NCBI RefSeq assembly: GCF_036321535.1 | Contig: NC_087437.1 | Span: 80,044,001 to 80,108,000, forward strand | DNA length: 64,000 bases | Direction of reading: 5' to 3' | DNA from: Camelus dromedarius | Taxonomy: Eukaryota | Shown: piece after piece, positions 28,591 through 42,700 of the stretch | Numbering within the stretch: the first letter of the stretch is position 1 | Layout: each line of letters begins with the position of its first letter | Notes under the pieces: model-generated | Database searches by the model: none | What the model saw: only the letters and a program-made list of their open reading frames with translations | What the model was told of the DNA's origin: nothing | Made by a program: the position numbers and the translations under genes

Positions 28591-31500
28591 TTGATAGCAT
28601 TTTTTTTTCGTAAGAAACCTATGGTCCCACCAGACCAAAAGAATGTGAGAAAATGCAAAATTCTGTCAAAATCAGAAACATTTAAAGCTGTATAGAATTC
28701 ATACAAATTTCTTAAGAGTCAATAAATGCAAATTTTAATCAAATATTAAGAGCTTCATGGCTGAGATTTCAGAGAGAAGAATTGAGTAACATATAACATG
28801 AGTCTAAAGAACATTAGAAATGTGGATTTTATGGGCTGGATGAGTCATATGGGCTACAATAACAATAAGACCAACTGCTTTAATTTATCAAGTCTTTATA
28901 TAAGGTCATGTTGTGTGATGGTTACAAATAAGAATCTAATTGTCCCAGTCAAAACCTCTGGCTAATAAGCAATTGCAGTTAGCTTAGAAGATAATTGCTA
29001 TCCAAGTGGGGTTAGCACCTCTTAACCCCAGGAATATGTAGGCATAGAATTATTTAAGATAATCAGAAACTAGAAAGTCATTTACTTGTGTTACAGAATC
29101 TAAGCATGCTGGTATTTTAGTAATTCAAATGTGTTAGAGAATTTGATCTAATTAACTAACAGGTAGTCCCTTTATTTTGATTTAAGATGTATCTAACAGA
29201 GTAAACAATTTAGATTTCTTATGTAAAATTGACATGCTACCAGTATTATATATATATATATATATAAATAAAATATATAGTTGAGATATTTAAGAAAATG
29301 TAAGATTGAACAAATTTTAAAATCTATTTTTAAGCACTTGTTAAATACTTGAGATGGTGTATTAAGCAGGTAATTAAACTCCTTCAAACATATTAAACTT
29401 CCTTTTATAAGAATTAGTGTAGTTGATTTCCCATTCTGTTTATCAATTAACTACTTTTGCATATAAGATCATATATTACTCAAAGACTTGTTAAAAGTGA
29501 CTGTTAATGTCTACTTAGACTTACAGATAAATAGAATTTGAGCTTAACATCTTCAAGAATAGTTAGGTTTGGTAGTTTTAATTGAATGTGATTCTTTAAT
29601 TGAATGTGACCGTTAAAAATTTCAGAATATTTTTTCAATTACTCATTATAAAGCATCAAAAAAAACCCTCACATTAAACACAAAATAAGTGGTTGTTTTG
29701 CTTCAGAAGCCATAATAAAAGCCAAGATAGAATTCATATCTTTAAATGCTAAGATCTTAGACCACATGTTGAGATGCCTCCACTCAGAGAGTTACAAGGG
29801 AAGTAAGACCAACTGAAAGATATTAATTTGATACTGTCTGTCTCACATTTACGTGCAGTCATAAATAACAGGGAGACTGCGCGTGCTGCTTAAATCAGTT
29901 GTGCTTCTCTTTTTTCCCCGAGATTATATAGCTGAATTTGTAATGATAAATGCCAGTTTGATGCAACTTCACTAGATGCACAGAATATGCATTCCTGAAT
30001 TCTTGTTTCTGCCCTCAAAAAGTTGCTAATCAAAAGGGAAAGACTTCAGCTTTATAATAATTACATTATTAACATTAAAATGTCTAGACATTAATTTAGA
30101 GTATCTCTACAACCTTGGGATAATGAAAGATTCCTTAGGAAAAAATAAATTGTTTTAGCATCATAAATTATAGGTTGAGCCTCCTAATAACTTCCTTCTA
30201 GAGGCTTACTGAGATACTTTTGTTTTCATGCTGCCCATTAATTCATATAATGTGACATTTATGCAGCATACACTAACATACCTTTGAATAAATACAACCA
30301 TAGGCTTGGGCTCCGGTTCTCATTTCATCACCAACTGTCTGTGGTCTTGGGGAAGTCACACAATTTGCCTTACTCTCAGTTACCTCATGTATGATACAAA
30401 GCATTAACTAGAAGATGACTGAGATGATTTCCTGTCATCAAGAGCCAATGAAACCATGATGTTTTAACAACTGCAGGAGAAAACAATGGTAAATTCCCTG
30501 GGGCTTGCTTTCTAAAATCACCTCCCTTAGCAGAATTTAGGCTTGCATCAGGAGGATTTAGAGATCTCTCTCTGTAACAATCGACCAGGTAGCAAATGTT
30601 GCACCTAGAACACCCTCAGATCTATCTCCTGTCATTTTATAAGAAATAGAACCAGTGTAAGGTCTCACAACCTAATCTCAATGGTGTTTAAAAAGGCATT
30701 AGCCCTTCTACTTTTGAGCAGTTCTGATCTTCCACAGACAAAAATAGTAAAATTAAATTTATATGAAAAAATATAAATAAGTTTCCATTGGTTTTATACT
30801 TTTATTTATTTCTCCTTGCATCTATATTTTTGTTTGTTTCTCAAAGGTCTCAAAAGCCTTTAGGAGGCAATAATCACAAAATAAAATAGGCTGTTGGTAA
30901 TTTATAACAGTACTTTGTTCTGCCTCAAATACATTTTCAATCCTGTTCTCATTAACGTTCATATTTTTTTTGTCATGTTGAACTGTTTGGGGGGATGTAA
31001 TATTAACCTTTGTGTCATCAGTCTGAGGAATACATTGAAGCAAACAGAACTGCCTTTGTTTTTTAGATGTGGGAATTGATGCTAAGTGGCTAAATGTTTT
31101 TTCCTAGGTATGCACACCTGTAATAGATAATACAAAAGAAGTAACTAAAAGCAGCTCCCAAAATAACGATTTCCAATATCTCTAACTCAGCTCTTTGCTA
31201 ACAAAAAAACTGCATCCACAAAGTACGACACTTTGGAGCATAATGAAATGAGATCCACTAAAGGTTTAGCCAGTTGGATCAAGTAGCATATATATGCAAA
31301 AGTATTACTCAAGAAATGATGTTGAAATCAGGGAGACCATAAAATTTAAATCCTTACATTTAAACACTTCATAAACACCATAGTAATTGTTTCTATTTTA
31401 TTAATTTGAAAGATTATTCATAGATAACTGGAAGTAGTCATTATATCAAATCCTTACCCTGAAAATCAGTAATTAAAAGTAAAGAATTAAGTATCAATCC

Positions 31501-33662
31501 TGACTTTCAAGGAGCAACAATATTTCTGTTTTAAAATGACTCATCAAGAAGTTTATGTGTATAGGAAATATTAAAAAATTAAAGATCATGCTATTATTTC
31601 AATATCTTGTATATTTGTAATTTATCACTATAAAATCTCAAAATCAAGTGACCCATAGGTAACTTATTCTAACTGTGGTAACTTAAATAACTTCCTTTGC
31701 GTCTTTTGGATTTTTTTGTTATCTATAAAATAAGGACCTACATGATCCATGTGACTAGCTATAACAGGGTTACAGAACCTTTGAAAAGGGACATTTCATC
31801 CTTTATCTAGTAGCATTCGGGCAAAGAGGCAGAAATCAGCCTAACGCTTATAGATCAATGATGTCAAGACATTGGAGAATGAGAGTTCTGAAGGGGAGGA
31901 GAGTTATCACTTCTTAAGAAGATAGCTTATGAGCTTTTGTGTCTAAAATGAGATGAACATAATTTTAACAAGATCATAGCCCTGCAATATCCAGGGTTAG
32001 GAATATAAGACATAATTCTAGACACAATTTTTCATCTCTCTCTCATAAACCAAGTGGTCTCTGAGGTCTAAAAGCACCAGGCAAGCTCTAGAGATGGCTG
32101 TGGGCCACAGTAGGCAAGGTCAACTGCCCTTAACAGTGGGTCTCAGTCAAACGTGAGTGAGGAGAAGAAGGTGAGCAGGGGGAAGTAATAATGTGGATGA
32201 GACTGCAGATAATATTGCCTTATAACTAGTGCAGCAGGACCTCTGGCAAATTTGAACATAAATCCTTACAGGCATGGAGATCCCAACTCTTTAGAAAAGT
32301 GTATTTCACACTATTTTGGTAGTCTATCAAGAACAGTATGAAAACCAAAGCTCATCATGACATACATGTCTCTGACTCAAAGAATCACAAAGGGTGTCAC
32401 CCAGCAACACACAGTTAATTGCCAAGTGAATTTCAATGGATATTTAGTATGGTCCATCTATTGGATGGCTCCATAAATGGGATTTGAAGAAAAGTGAGAT
32501 TAGATCTTTGAAAAAAAGATAATCTCATTTTCTCCTATATGTGATATCTGCAAATCTAAATAAATTAACTTTCTCACTAAACACAAATCAAAGCAACAGT
32601 AGAGGCATTAGATATTGTTTAAGGAAGCTTGTGAATTTAAGGAGAAAATCGTAAGATGGCTAGAGGGTAATTAGTACCTAAAGGAATTTTTTTCACAAAG
32701 GGAACACTGACAGCAAAGAAGAGAAAAGCAAAGAAAAATATTTAAGAGGCTGGAGAGAAGACAATTTACAACAATAGTGTTTTCTCTTTTGCTTACTGGT
32801 ATAATGTTATAAATAATCTATATAGAATGAAGACTGAACCTTCTTTTCCTTTCTGTTTCCTGATAGATTAAAAAGAGAGAGAGAGAGAGAGAAAGGCATC
32901 CTCTTGCCTAGAATGGATAATAAACTACTATTTGTTCAGTAAACAAAGGATTCGAGCTGGCATTTGTAGTGACTCTCTACAGGGATGACTTCACGTCAGT
33001 ACAATCACAGGAGTACCATCTCCTGTAGCACTTTAGCAAGAAAATCCCATTTTCGAGGGAGATGTCCAGTCTGGGGAGTATAACCTATAGCTAAAGAGCA
33101 GAGAATGGGCCATAGGAAGACCAAACTCCTAGCTATGCCACCATTGCACCATGCTTACCAGCCACATGAACCAACTGATCACAGAGCTGGACAGCACAAA
33201 ATATGACCTTTTAAAAGTCTAAATATCATTGTTCATAACTTCATGCTCAAATCTCTAGTTATCTCTCTGCTACACAAGTGAGACTCATCCAACTTGTGAA
33301 TTTTATGTAAGAAATCATAGACTAGTTCCCTCTTGCTCTGTAAGACTGTCAGAAACTCACCCTCTGAAAGATGGTGTATGTAAGCTTTGAAAAATGAAAA
33401 TTCATTCTAACTTTTAATGGAAATAAAGAGTGTTCCTTGGTGAAACAAATATAAAAAGTAATTCATTGTAAACCCAAATTTAAAAAAAAAGTGAAGTTAA
33501 TATTTTGTATCCATAGCAGTGTTGTTGGAGTTAACGTGAAGAGTATTAAGAAACACAGATAGCCAGATCTCTCCCTCCAGTGATTCTAATGAGTACCCAG
33601 GTTGAGAACCACTGACACAGGAGAATAAGGTTTTGCTATAGTTGTGACTGCATTTCTAGTTG

Positions 33663-33681
33663 TCTTTCTTTTTTTCTTTTC

Positions 33682-33714
<33 letters not shown>

Positions 33715-33717
33715 TTG
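33663..33717. repeat. T-rich/(TTTC)n low-complexity tract
   Basis: tctttctttttttcttttcttttcttttctttc followed by a long T run. Confidence 0.95.
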
Positions 33718-34104
33718 ATAAGCAGATTCTTTTTTCTCCACAAGGCTCCACAATAAGAATCTGAAAACAGAAGCTGAAAGGAAGGGCAATGCTACCTGAT
33801 GCCACAACATGGCAGCTTAAGTCCACAGGAGTCAGCCAAACAGCAATGTAATGCGTTTATTAAACTATAGAAAATGAATTAAAGTTAGGCTTTTATTGCT
33901 TTGACAGAGTTCTGACAAATAAAGTGAGAGGTGTTGAATCAGAAGTAAATCATTTATAGGAAAAGAAGCAGAGATCCTTCTTTCCTATAGGAGACTTTTT
34001 CCACCTGTGTCTCTTCTTTAATCACATGGTGTAGGATTTTGTTTTGCTTTAAGTCATTGTGACACTTCACAACATGGCTGAATAAATCCTACAAATAGGC
34101 TACC

Positions 34105-34905
34105 TCATCATACGTCCCTGCTCATAACCCTTCATCATTTCCAACCCCTTTCAGAAGAAAACCCAAATCTATGACACAGCAAGAAAAAGCTCCCAAGATG
34201 AGACTCCTACTTACCTACCCAACCTCAGGTGTTTTTACTCCCACATCCAGCCTACCTACTCTAGACTTCATGTCATCCCCACTTACGGATAAGAAGTTAT
34301 TTCACACATCCAAGCTTTGCTCACTATGCTGCCTTTGTCTGGAAAGCGCCTTTTCCCAACTCTACCCTCTCTCTACAGGAACATCTCTTCATTCAGTCTT
34401 TCAAGAATCAACTCACACATAGCTCTTCTTTCACAATATTCCTCTAATCAAGATAACCCTTCTTGCTTGTTGAGTTGTCAAATTGACTGTTTTTCTTCTG
34501 TGTTTCCACTACAGTCTATGCATCATTCTATAATAACAGTTCTAAAAAATACACTTAGATGAAGGTTAATCAAAGCCAGCACTACTGATGTTTTAGACTG
34601 GATAATTTCTTTGTTGTAGGATGTTTTAACAGCATTGTAGGATGTTTAATAGCATCCTTGGCTTCTACCCACTATGTGCCAGAAGGACTCCCTCTCAAGT
34701 CATGACCACTTAGTATCTCTAGACACTTCCAAATAGCTCCTGTGGTCAAAATCGCCCTAGTTGACTGAGATGTGCATCTTTTTTCTCCCCTAATAAACCC
34801 AGGAGCTTCTCAAAGGCAAGAATGTTAATTCACCTTTGTATTTAGCATTTAGCAGAATGCCAAGTCCTCTGTAGATTCTCAAGATATGCTTGTTAAATGA
34901 ATGAC
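34105..34905 (+). mobile_element. L2 LINE 3' region, interrupted by a MER20
   Basis: ctcataacccttcatcatttcc...ctttgctcactatgctgcctttgtctggaaagcgcctt...gagcttctcaaaggcaagaat...atgcttgttaaatgaatga. Confidence 0.7.
34562..34768 (-). mobile_element. MER20 (hAT-Charlie)
   Basis: cagcactactgatgttttagactggataatttctttgttgt...cattgtaggatgtttaatagcatccttggcttctacccacta...caaaatcgccctagttga is the reverse complement of MER20. Confidence 0.85.
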
Positions 34906-36397
34906 TATTTTGTCACAAAAGGGATAGTAGCATCTAGCAAAATGTAGAATATCACACGTATAGACATCTATCCTGATCATGATAATGCTTTGCTTTTTAA
35001 GGATTGTATCACTAATGACATTAAATTTTTCAATGTCATCAAAACATCGCTTAAATTAAAATCCTCAAAGCCACCCACTAGGAATTCCATCACTAGAAAT
35101 CACTTATATTAATTTTTATATGGTTTTAATACAAAAGAAAAGGAGATTGGGGTCTAGAACTTGATTTGAAATTATATCTAGGTATGTAAAACTCTTGGAG
35201 TAAAAATTGCTTGAATGTAATTAATTGATTCAGTTTTTTAAAAAATGCTCAGCTAGTACTTTTATGTTCTCTAAATAGCTTTAATTAATTGACCCACTTT
35301 TTAAAAAAATGTTCAGCTGGCACTTTTTATGCCTTGTAAATAGTATTTTTAATTTTTAAAATGTTTACAACTAAAAAGTATCAAATTTAAGTACAGTCTC
35401 TCGCCATTTCCTTTCACTCGATTAACATTGATGTAACACGTTCCTATGACATAATGACAAAGTAGGGGTTTTAGAAGCAGAAATACATAACTTTGATTTT
35501 AAATACTTATTCAAAATAAGTTTTTATAGGAAATTGCTGTGCCAGAATTCAAACACATGAGCATAAATACGCATAATACACAAATACACATAAGTTTTTT
35601 AAACATGTATATTCATGTTTTTTAAATATATTTCTAAACGGATAATGACTTAAAATCTCTAAAAGATCAGTATTTTTAAAACAATTATTTTAACTTTTTA
35701 TATCCAAATTATGATAAATTACATTTGAAATAGAAAGAAGAGTTAGCCATGAATTCTTTCCAATTCCATAATATAATCTTGACTAGAGGAAAATGGTTTA
35801 ATTTGAAGGCACAATTCATGTAATGTAGAGATCTTCATTCAGTAGTTTAACAATGGTGTGCTCAACTAAGAGATAGTGTAGTTTTATGAACGCTGGCTAT
35901 TTATTAGATAAGCATATTCAAGCAGATACCGTATTTTGAATTCTGACACAAGGCAAGGTGGTCTCCATTTTTTTCTTATTCTTTGCAATGATGCCATTTC
36001 ATGTTAAATGACTATAATGCTATTAAAAGTTTCAAGTTAACCTCATTTTATAGAGAACCCACCTTAACAAATAAAGCCGCTGACATTTTCATTTGGCCTC
36101 AACTACCTTTTAACCAAACTAAAAATATCTTTTGTATTTAGCGCCTGGATTTTTCACATAAACAGCAACAGAAATAGCAAATTGTCACATTAATCTAACT
36201 TTAACTTTGCTGTTCTTGAGGCTTAGCAGCTGCTTTTTTATTTTCTTCTTCTTCACAGTTTGGCTCTATCTATTCTAAATCTTTTGTCACTTTTAAAAAT
36301 CCATGAAGATCCATGTATATAATTTTAATTTTTTACATTTCCTGAGGAGCTAGTATACATAAGCTATTGTGAGTTCTAGAAAATTAATACTTTAAAC

Positions 36398-36734
36398 CAG
36401 TGGTGAGTAAATTATGGCCTGCAAGCTGAATTCTACCCATCACCTGTTTTTGAATGGACCATGAGCAAAAGCAGTTTTCACATTTTCAAATGGTGGAAAA
36501 AAGTAAAAATAAATAAATAAATAAATAAAAAGTAATTCATGAAAAGCCAAAATTATATGAAATTCAAATTTCAGTATCTATAAATGAGGTGTTATTGGAA
36601 AACAGCTTCACCCATTGGTGTCCCTATTATCTGTGGCTGCTTTTGAGCTACGATGACAGATTTGAGTAGTCACGAAAGAGACCCACAAAGACTGAAATAC
36701 TACCAGCCCTTCACAGAGATGTTTGCAGACCCTG
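36398..36734 (+). mobile_element. MER58B-like (hAT-Charlie) full-length MITE, 337 bp
   Basis: Termini CAGTGGTGAGTAAA...TTTGCAGACCCTG. Perfect 8-bp TSD CTTTAAAC at 36390-36397 and 36735-36742. Internal aaattcaaatttcagt...tgtggctgcttttgagctac. Confidence 0.9.
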
Positions 36735-39700
36735 CTTTAAACAATTAGTATATGACTATCACACACACAGAACACGTAAATCTGGGGGACAAGATACAAT
36801 ATATGTCTAAGGAGATTTCTTTCAGCCAAAATCATTTTCTCAATAATATATTTTTCAGTAAGCCTTGGTAAAGGCTACTGGTTATTAGCAATAAAATACT
36901 TACCATGATGTTCTTTCAATACTTGGAAATGTACTGTGAAACTAGTCCAATTGATTATTTACTTTCTGGAGATGTACCTTTCTTCACCTCATCACTGAAG
37001 TCTTCAGAGTTTGGAATTCCTATAATTCCCCACCTGAAGTCAACTTAGACATCTAATAACAATCACCAATGACTCTGAATCTGTAAACCTCAGCCCAATG
37101 ATTACTTTATCTTGTCTTAATAAAGCTGGTATGCCTGGTGTCCAGCTACACCCTTTTGTAATGAAGACAAAACACAGCAAACCAGATCAAGCTTAATTTA
37201 AAGTCTTGACCTAGTTTACATTCCTATTTAAATACTGGGGGTGTGGGGGGGAAGCACACATTTGGTAAATTAACCAGAAAATTGAATTCCTTGCAAGCAA
37301 ACATTGCTAATAGGTGTCTGAATGATACAAAAGATTATCATTCTCTACTAATTAACTTAATGCTTTTGAAGCTTTTGAAAAAGCTATAAAAACATAAATC
37401 TTCAGTAATTCACTGTTTGATGCCCTAATTAAATATACAGTCTGAGCGTCTGCTTATGTTCAAAAGTTACCTTTAAAATAAGATTTTCTAGCAGAAAAAT
37501 TAAAAATTTTATTGCCTCTGCATCATTACTATAGGCCTTCTTTAAAGCAGGGAAAAGCTTTAAATGTCTTACAAGGAATTTAGAATTTGCATTAATATCT
37601 AGCATGATCTTGCTACTACATTATAAGACTATTAATAAAAATGACTATATTTTATTTTGAAGACATTACTGATAATCTCTGAAATGAATACAGCATATTT
37701 CTAGATTTTGATATTTTACTAAGTATTATCATAATCAGTGAAGAAAAGTCAAACTGCATTTAGGGACATTAAAAAATGTATAATTAGGAGCAATGGTTCA
37801 AATAATAGTTCTGACATGTACCTCATAAGATAAAACCAGGGACTGAAGAATGAAATAATAAAGAGGTAATTTCTATTATGTATTAAAAGAAATAAATTAG
37901 ATTTTTAACTAAATTCAGTTCCTTCTTTGTTGCTACCCAATTTATTTAAACTCGCAGTTAAGAATTATTTTTCTTTGGCCCCTAAAATAAATTATAATAA
38001 GCCAATTTAGAGTAGCAAAACAAATAATGTCACAATCCTGAGAACAAATTATTATTATCTCAAATATATGAACCTAAGAAGTGAATTCTCTCTCTTAACA
38101 CCCAGAACAACTGGTTTTACCAAAGGCAATCTTGGAAAGGAGCCTTAGAGATGACCCAAGAAATGGAAATCATAATGTTTCCTCTAAGTTATGGATGATT
38201 TCTCCCAGGTTACGTGAGATTCCATGCCAATTCTAATACTAGGCTAATCTTGAAAATAATTTTCATTTAAAAGAAAACCAAATCATAATTATCTTCAATT
38301 ATCATATCATTTTTATAATTAGAGATGATGCCATGTTCAGTCAGCTTTTTTCGGTATGATAGAACCCTGATAAGAAATCTCAAATATAAATTGTCTACTT
38401 GCTTCCATTACTGGAACGTCTGTGAGCTGAAGCCCACTGGTGGTGGGCCGTGTATGGGCCTGGCGTCTGGAACAAAATGATGTGGTAAAACCTGTGCAAC
38501 TTCTGACCTCAAGCTCTAACCTCAGAATTGAAGAAGCTGCCCAAAATGTCAGTCCTTCCCCCAAATCTAATCAAAATATTTGGGATGGGATTATAGTTCA
38601 CAAAATAAAAAATTGGTTTCTATCTTCCTGTTCCCAGATATGGGAAGATGATTTTCACTGCCTTTAGCTGTGTTTAAGATAATTCCCAGCCCAACACTCG
38701 CCCATCGCTTGAACCACACCACCAGAAGAGGTTGCCTTGTGTCATTAAAAACATTAAATTAAAGTGAATTTTCCATGCTTATTTAAAAAGGAGCATGTGC
38801 AGTCAGGTTAGGCGGCCTCGGTGCTGGGCACTTACCCAAGTCCCTGGTTCTGTGCAGTCAGCTGTCCTCCATGTGCCTGGTTCTGCTGCATGTGACTGAG
38901 AGTTCAAATGCCTGGCCTTACCAAACTTTTTCAGAAAAGATTCAGTTCTTCAAATGAGAGAAGAGTTGCTCATAATGAGAAGTCTTTGAAAAAAAAAAAA
39001 ACTGTATTTTAGACAAGCGAATGTTTCCACAGGCCTCAGAAAGTTTTGCAAGACTAATCATCACCAACATGAAACTTGAGCTCATCTTTTATAGACTTTT
39101 GTTTCCTTCCAGCTACATCTCCTTCAATATTCATTTCATTCCCTTACTCCTTTTTTCCAACCTGCTTTTGATCTTCTATTTTATACTGTACAGAAGTCTT
39201 GAGTGGTATGTGTGAAGCGACACATCGTCAGCCTGATGAGGGAAAGCCTGCTGGTCTAGGGAAAAAAACATAAAGTAAGAAACAAGGCCTGAGATTGGAT
39301 CAGGAGTTAACCTGCACAGTTATCAATGTCCTGTTGTGCTTCATGAAAGATGCCCGGTCCTTTCAATACTACATTTCATGTAGCGATGAAAATAGGATAT
39401 GGAATATCATCATAAAAGCTGGTTTGATTGGGATAATAATGACTAAGAGGCCATCAATGCAGAAACCCCAACAGGACCCAATTGTGAAGAATGAGCTAGA
39501 CACCGAACCTGCTTCACAATCTCCTCTTTTGTTTACGGGCCTCCACCAGCCTTTAGAATCTTGGAGTGGGTTTGGACGTCATCTAATAAGCATTTCACCC
39601 CAATAGCTATTATGATTTCTCATTGGGAAGAAAGGTGGGAAGCTGGGATTTGGGTGATACAGGGGAAGCTTTTGAGATACTTTGACCATAGCAAAGCTTC

Positions 39701-42700
39701 CTTCATGCACTATTGTGCTTAGGGATGACTGTGGGGAAGATTGAAGCCCATTGTGTAGATTTATATTATTCTATTGACTGTTTAATAATAATGGTTATCC
39801 TGAAAAAAGCACATTATTTCATCAGTAATACCACTAGCTGATACCTTTATAAAATTTCATTTTATTCAATTGGCTCAGGGTACTTTAACAACATTTACGT
39901 TCCCAATTGCTTTGTGATAGAGGCAAGCTGCCTGTGGCTACCGTGAACCGAGATTACAATCCAAGAGTTCAGCCTTTTAAAATTTGTAGTAAATCCCCTG
40001 AAACCAACTCTTTCCCTAAATGGTAAGCGAATTTAAAGCTACTATAACTACTAAAAAATAATAGCCAGCAGCTATTCACATTGCCTTCCATCTCCTGTTT
40101 AATGCTGAGAGAGAGTTTGGTGCTTTCTACACCAAACAAATCCAAGTTCACGTTTTTCAGGGCAGTGTCAGCTCCATAAACAAGCATAGTGGTAATGCCG
40201 TTCTACTCAGGAGTAAATACGAGAGACATGCATCTGCCGACTTTTCAAATGCCATCAATATAAAATTCCTTGTATTTTTTGTTAACTCTTATTAAAAACA
40301 TAAAAATGCTTCTAAGAAACCCCTTTTGAGGACTTCCTAATTATGTTGACAGAAACGGCAGCTTTTTCTCATTCCCCAGAGGTTGTTTTACTCTATAATG
40401 AAGCTTCTGAGCTAGATGTTTTCAGGGGATGTTTCAGGTTTTACTTTGAATGCATATCTGCCATGTTCCCTACCATTTGAAAAGTTAAATGGAAATTCAG
40501 CAAGTTCAAGTAGCAATTAATAAATTCTGTAATTTATAGCAAAAAAAAAAAATCCTACGAGAAAATGAGCATTTCATAAATATTGAATTCCACTACCCAC
40601 ATACCCTACAAGTTGGTTAGCTAAAAAGATGGTAATTCCATTAGAGGCTTTCAGCAAGGAAAAGATAAAATAGTTGAGATAAAGTAGCTGACATTATTTG
40701 TTACTATTTTTCTTGTAAAATGTAGTGAACAGCAATGTCACACATTCCACAAACTTCCAAGGGAAAATTTTACAAGTTATTTGAAAACTCTGAGCCCCGT
40801 ATTAAGGGGCTGTCTCCTCTTTTACAGGTGGTGTGCCCTGGCTGAATACTTGATTAGTTGTATGTGCAGCATATGCTTGTAATGGAGAATAATTTCAGCC
40901 GTTATAAAATATTCAACAGTATCTGATAGCACCAGAAGTGGAAATCTGAGCAGTCATCCTGCTTAGAAAAGGAGTTTATTAATGTTTCCTAATCAGAGGA
41001 AAGGTGACCAGTGCCCTTCAGTTCCTAAAAGAGGCTGGATATAGACTAGGAAGGCACCCTGATTTGTAACTGTTTCCTCAAACTAGATGGCTCATTCCCA
41101 ACTTCCGTTAAAAATCATATAACTGAAACCTCAATGACTGAATTGCTCCAGCTAGAAAATGAAAGTAAAAAGCCCTCCTTGTCACGTGGAGCGATAATAA
41201 AGCATAGTTAAGGAGTCAGTATTTTAGGACCCTGCTTACAGGAGATTGCATCCTTTCTATCATTTGATAAAAGTATCTTTTCAATATGGATATGAAGGTG
41301 AGATTTTGTCTTTTTATTATTCAGCCAACCTAGAAATATGAAGCTGACATTTACTAGCATTTTGTGAAATGGGTAATGGATAAAGGTTGATTTCCACCAT
41401 AGTCTCACAAAGTTCTCTCTCAGTGATGGAACTGCCCGCAGGGCTCAAGTTTTGCCCTCTTCACCTTGCTATGCACACTTGCTTCCTCGATGATTTCATC
41501 TCATCCAGTTTACAGCACTAATCATTTTCCAACATACTACATAGCTTACTGATTTATAAGTCTTCTCCCTCCAGACACATACCTGAATGTAATCCCAGCT
41601 ATGAGTTCTTGTTCCCTAACGCTTCCCTAGTACTCAGAAGAATGCCTGGCATATGAGTTACTCAGTAATATATTTTGAAAAAAACAGAATGAATGAAGAA
41701 GGATGTGACAGATTACAGGAAATGTATTTCAAAGTGGGGAAATATGTTTTTCTCAAAGTTAAAAGTAAATAAGATTAGTTTTAGCATAGTTTTCTATTAA
41801 AGCAAAGTTTTAACTTCATACTAAAGAATTGTATTATAAAATGTGAGAACTTTGCAGCTCTAAACTTCTATGCTTGATAAAATTTGTACCATCAGAATGT
41901 TTAGCCTTATCTTCAGAGTTCCTTTTTCTCTCGAGATGGATCTGAACTCAATGTATAAAGGAACTCATAAAATACATATACATACATTGATTTTTTACAA
42001 TTTTGATTGATGTAATCAATTAATCCAGGAGTCACAAAACAGTTTTTGAAGTCATAGATTCTCCCCTATAAATTTACTTTACTTTTCACTTTCATTTGGC
42101 ATGTAGGCATCTCACAGATGCATGCTAACAGGTTTCTTACTGCAGAGCTGGACTGCAGGAGTGTTACAGGTTCCTCAGGTACTGAGAAAACTGGTAGCCC
42201 ATGTACTCTTATACACACAAAAAATTGGCTCTATGTCCTAATGGGGTTTCAGGCCACACAGCATTGTAGACAAATTATAAAAACAGATACAGCCACACTT
42301 GAAAGAGGACTCAAACAAGATTAATATATAAGTGCAATTGATTTCCCAGCTCAACAAGTAATTTAACCAAATATTTCTAATCTCAAGAGTCTAAAAGCCA
42401 AATAAATTAGCCTTACTTCTTGATCAACATAAATTGTTGGTTGATAAGTTATCAAGCAGCTACAAGACTAGACTAACATTCTATTGTATTGAAGGTATTG
42501 TTGTATCACAAAAGGGGAAAATGTTATTAAAGGAATGTTGAACTTATTATTTTAAGACCATCAGTGGAAATACTGATATATTCTTGCTCACATTTCACAT
42601 GATACATAAACCTCTGTTTGTTTTTTCAGGTATTTTTAAGGGTTCCCCTTACATATAAGATTTACCAATATATTCTAGATGCTTTCAATGAAGAATTCAT

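Noticed and set aside
33586..33810. Lys/Arg-rich ORF resembling an NLS-containing protein
   Set aside because: Translation artefact of the poly(T)/(TTTC)n tract.
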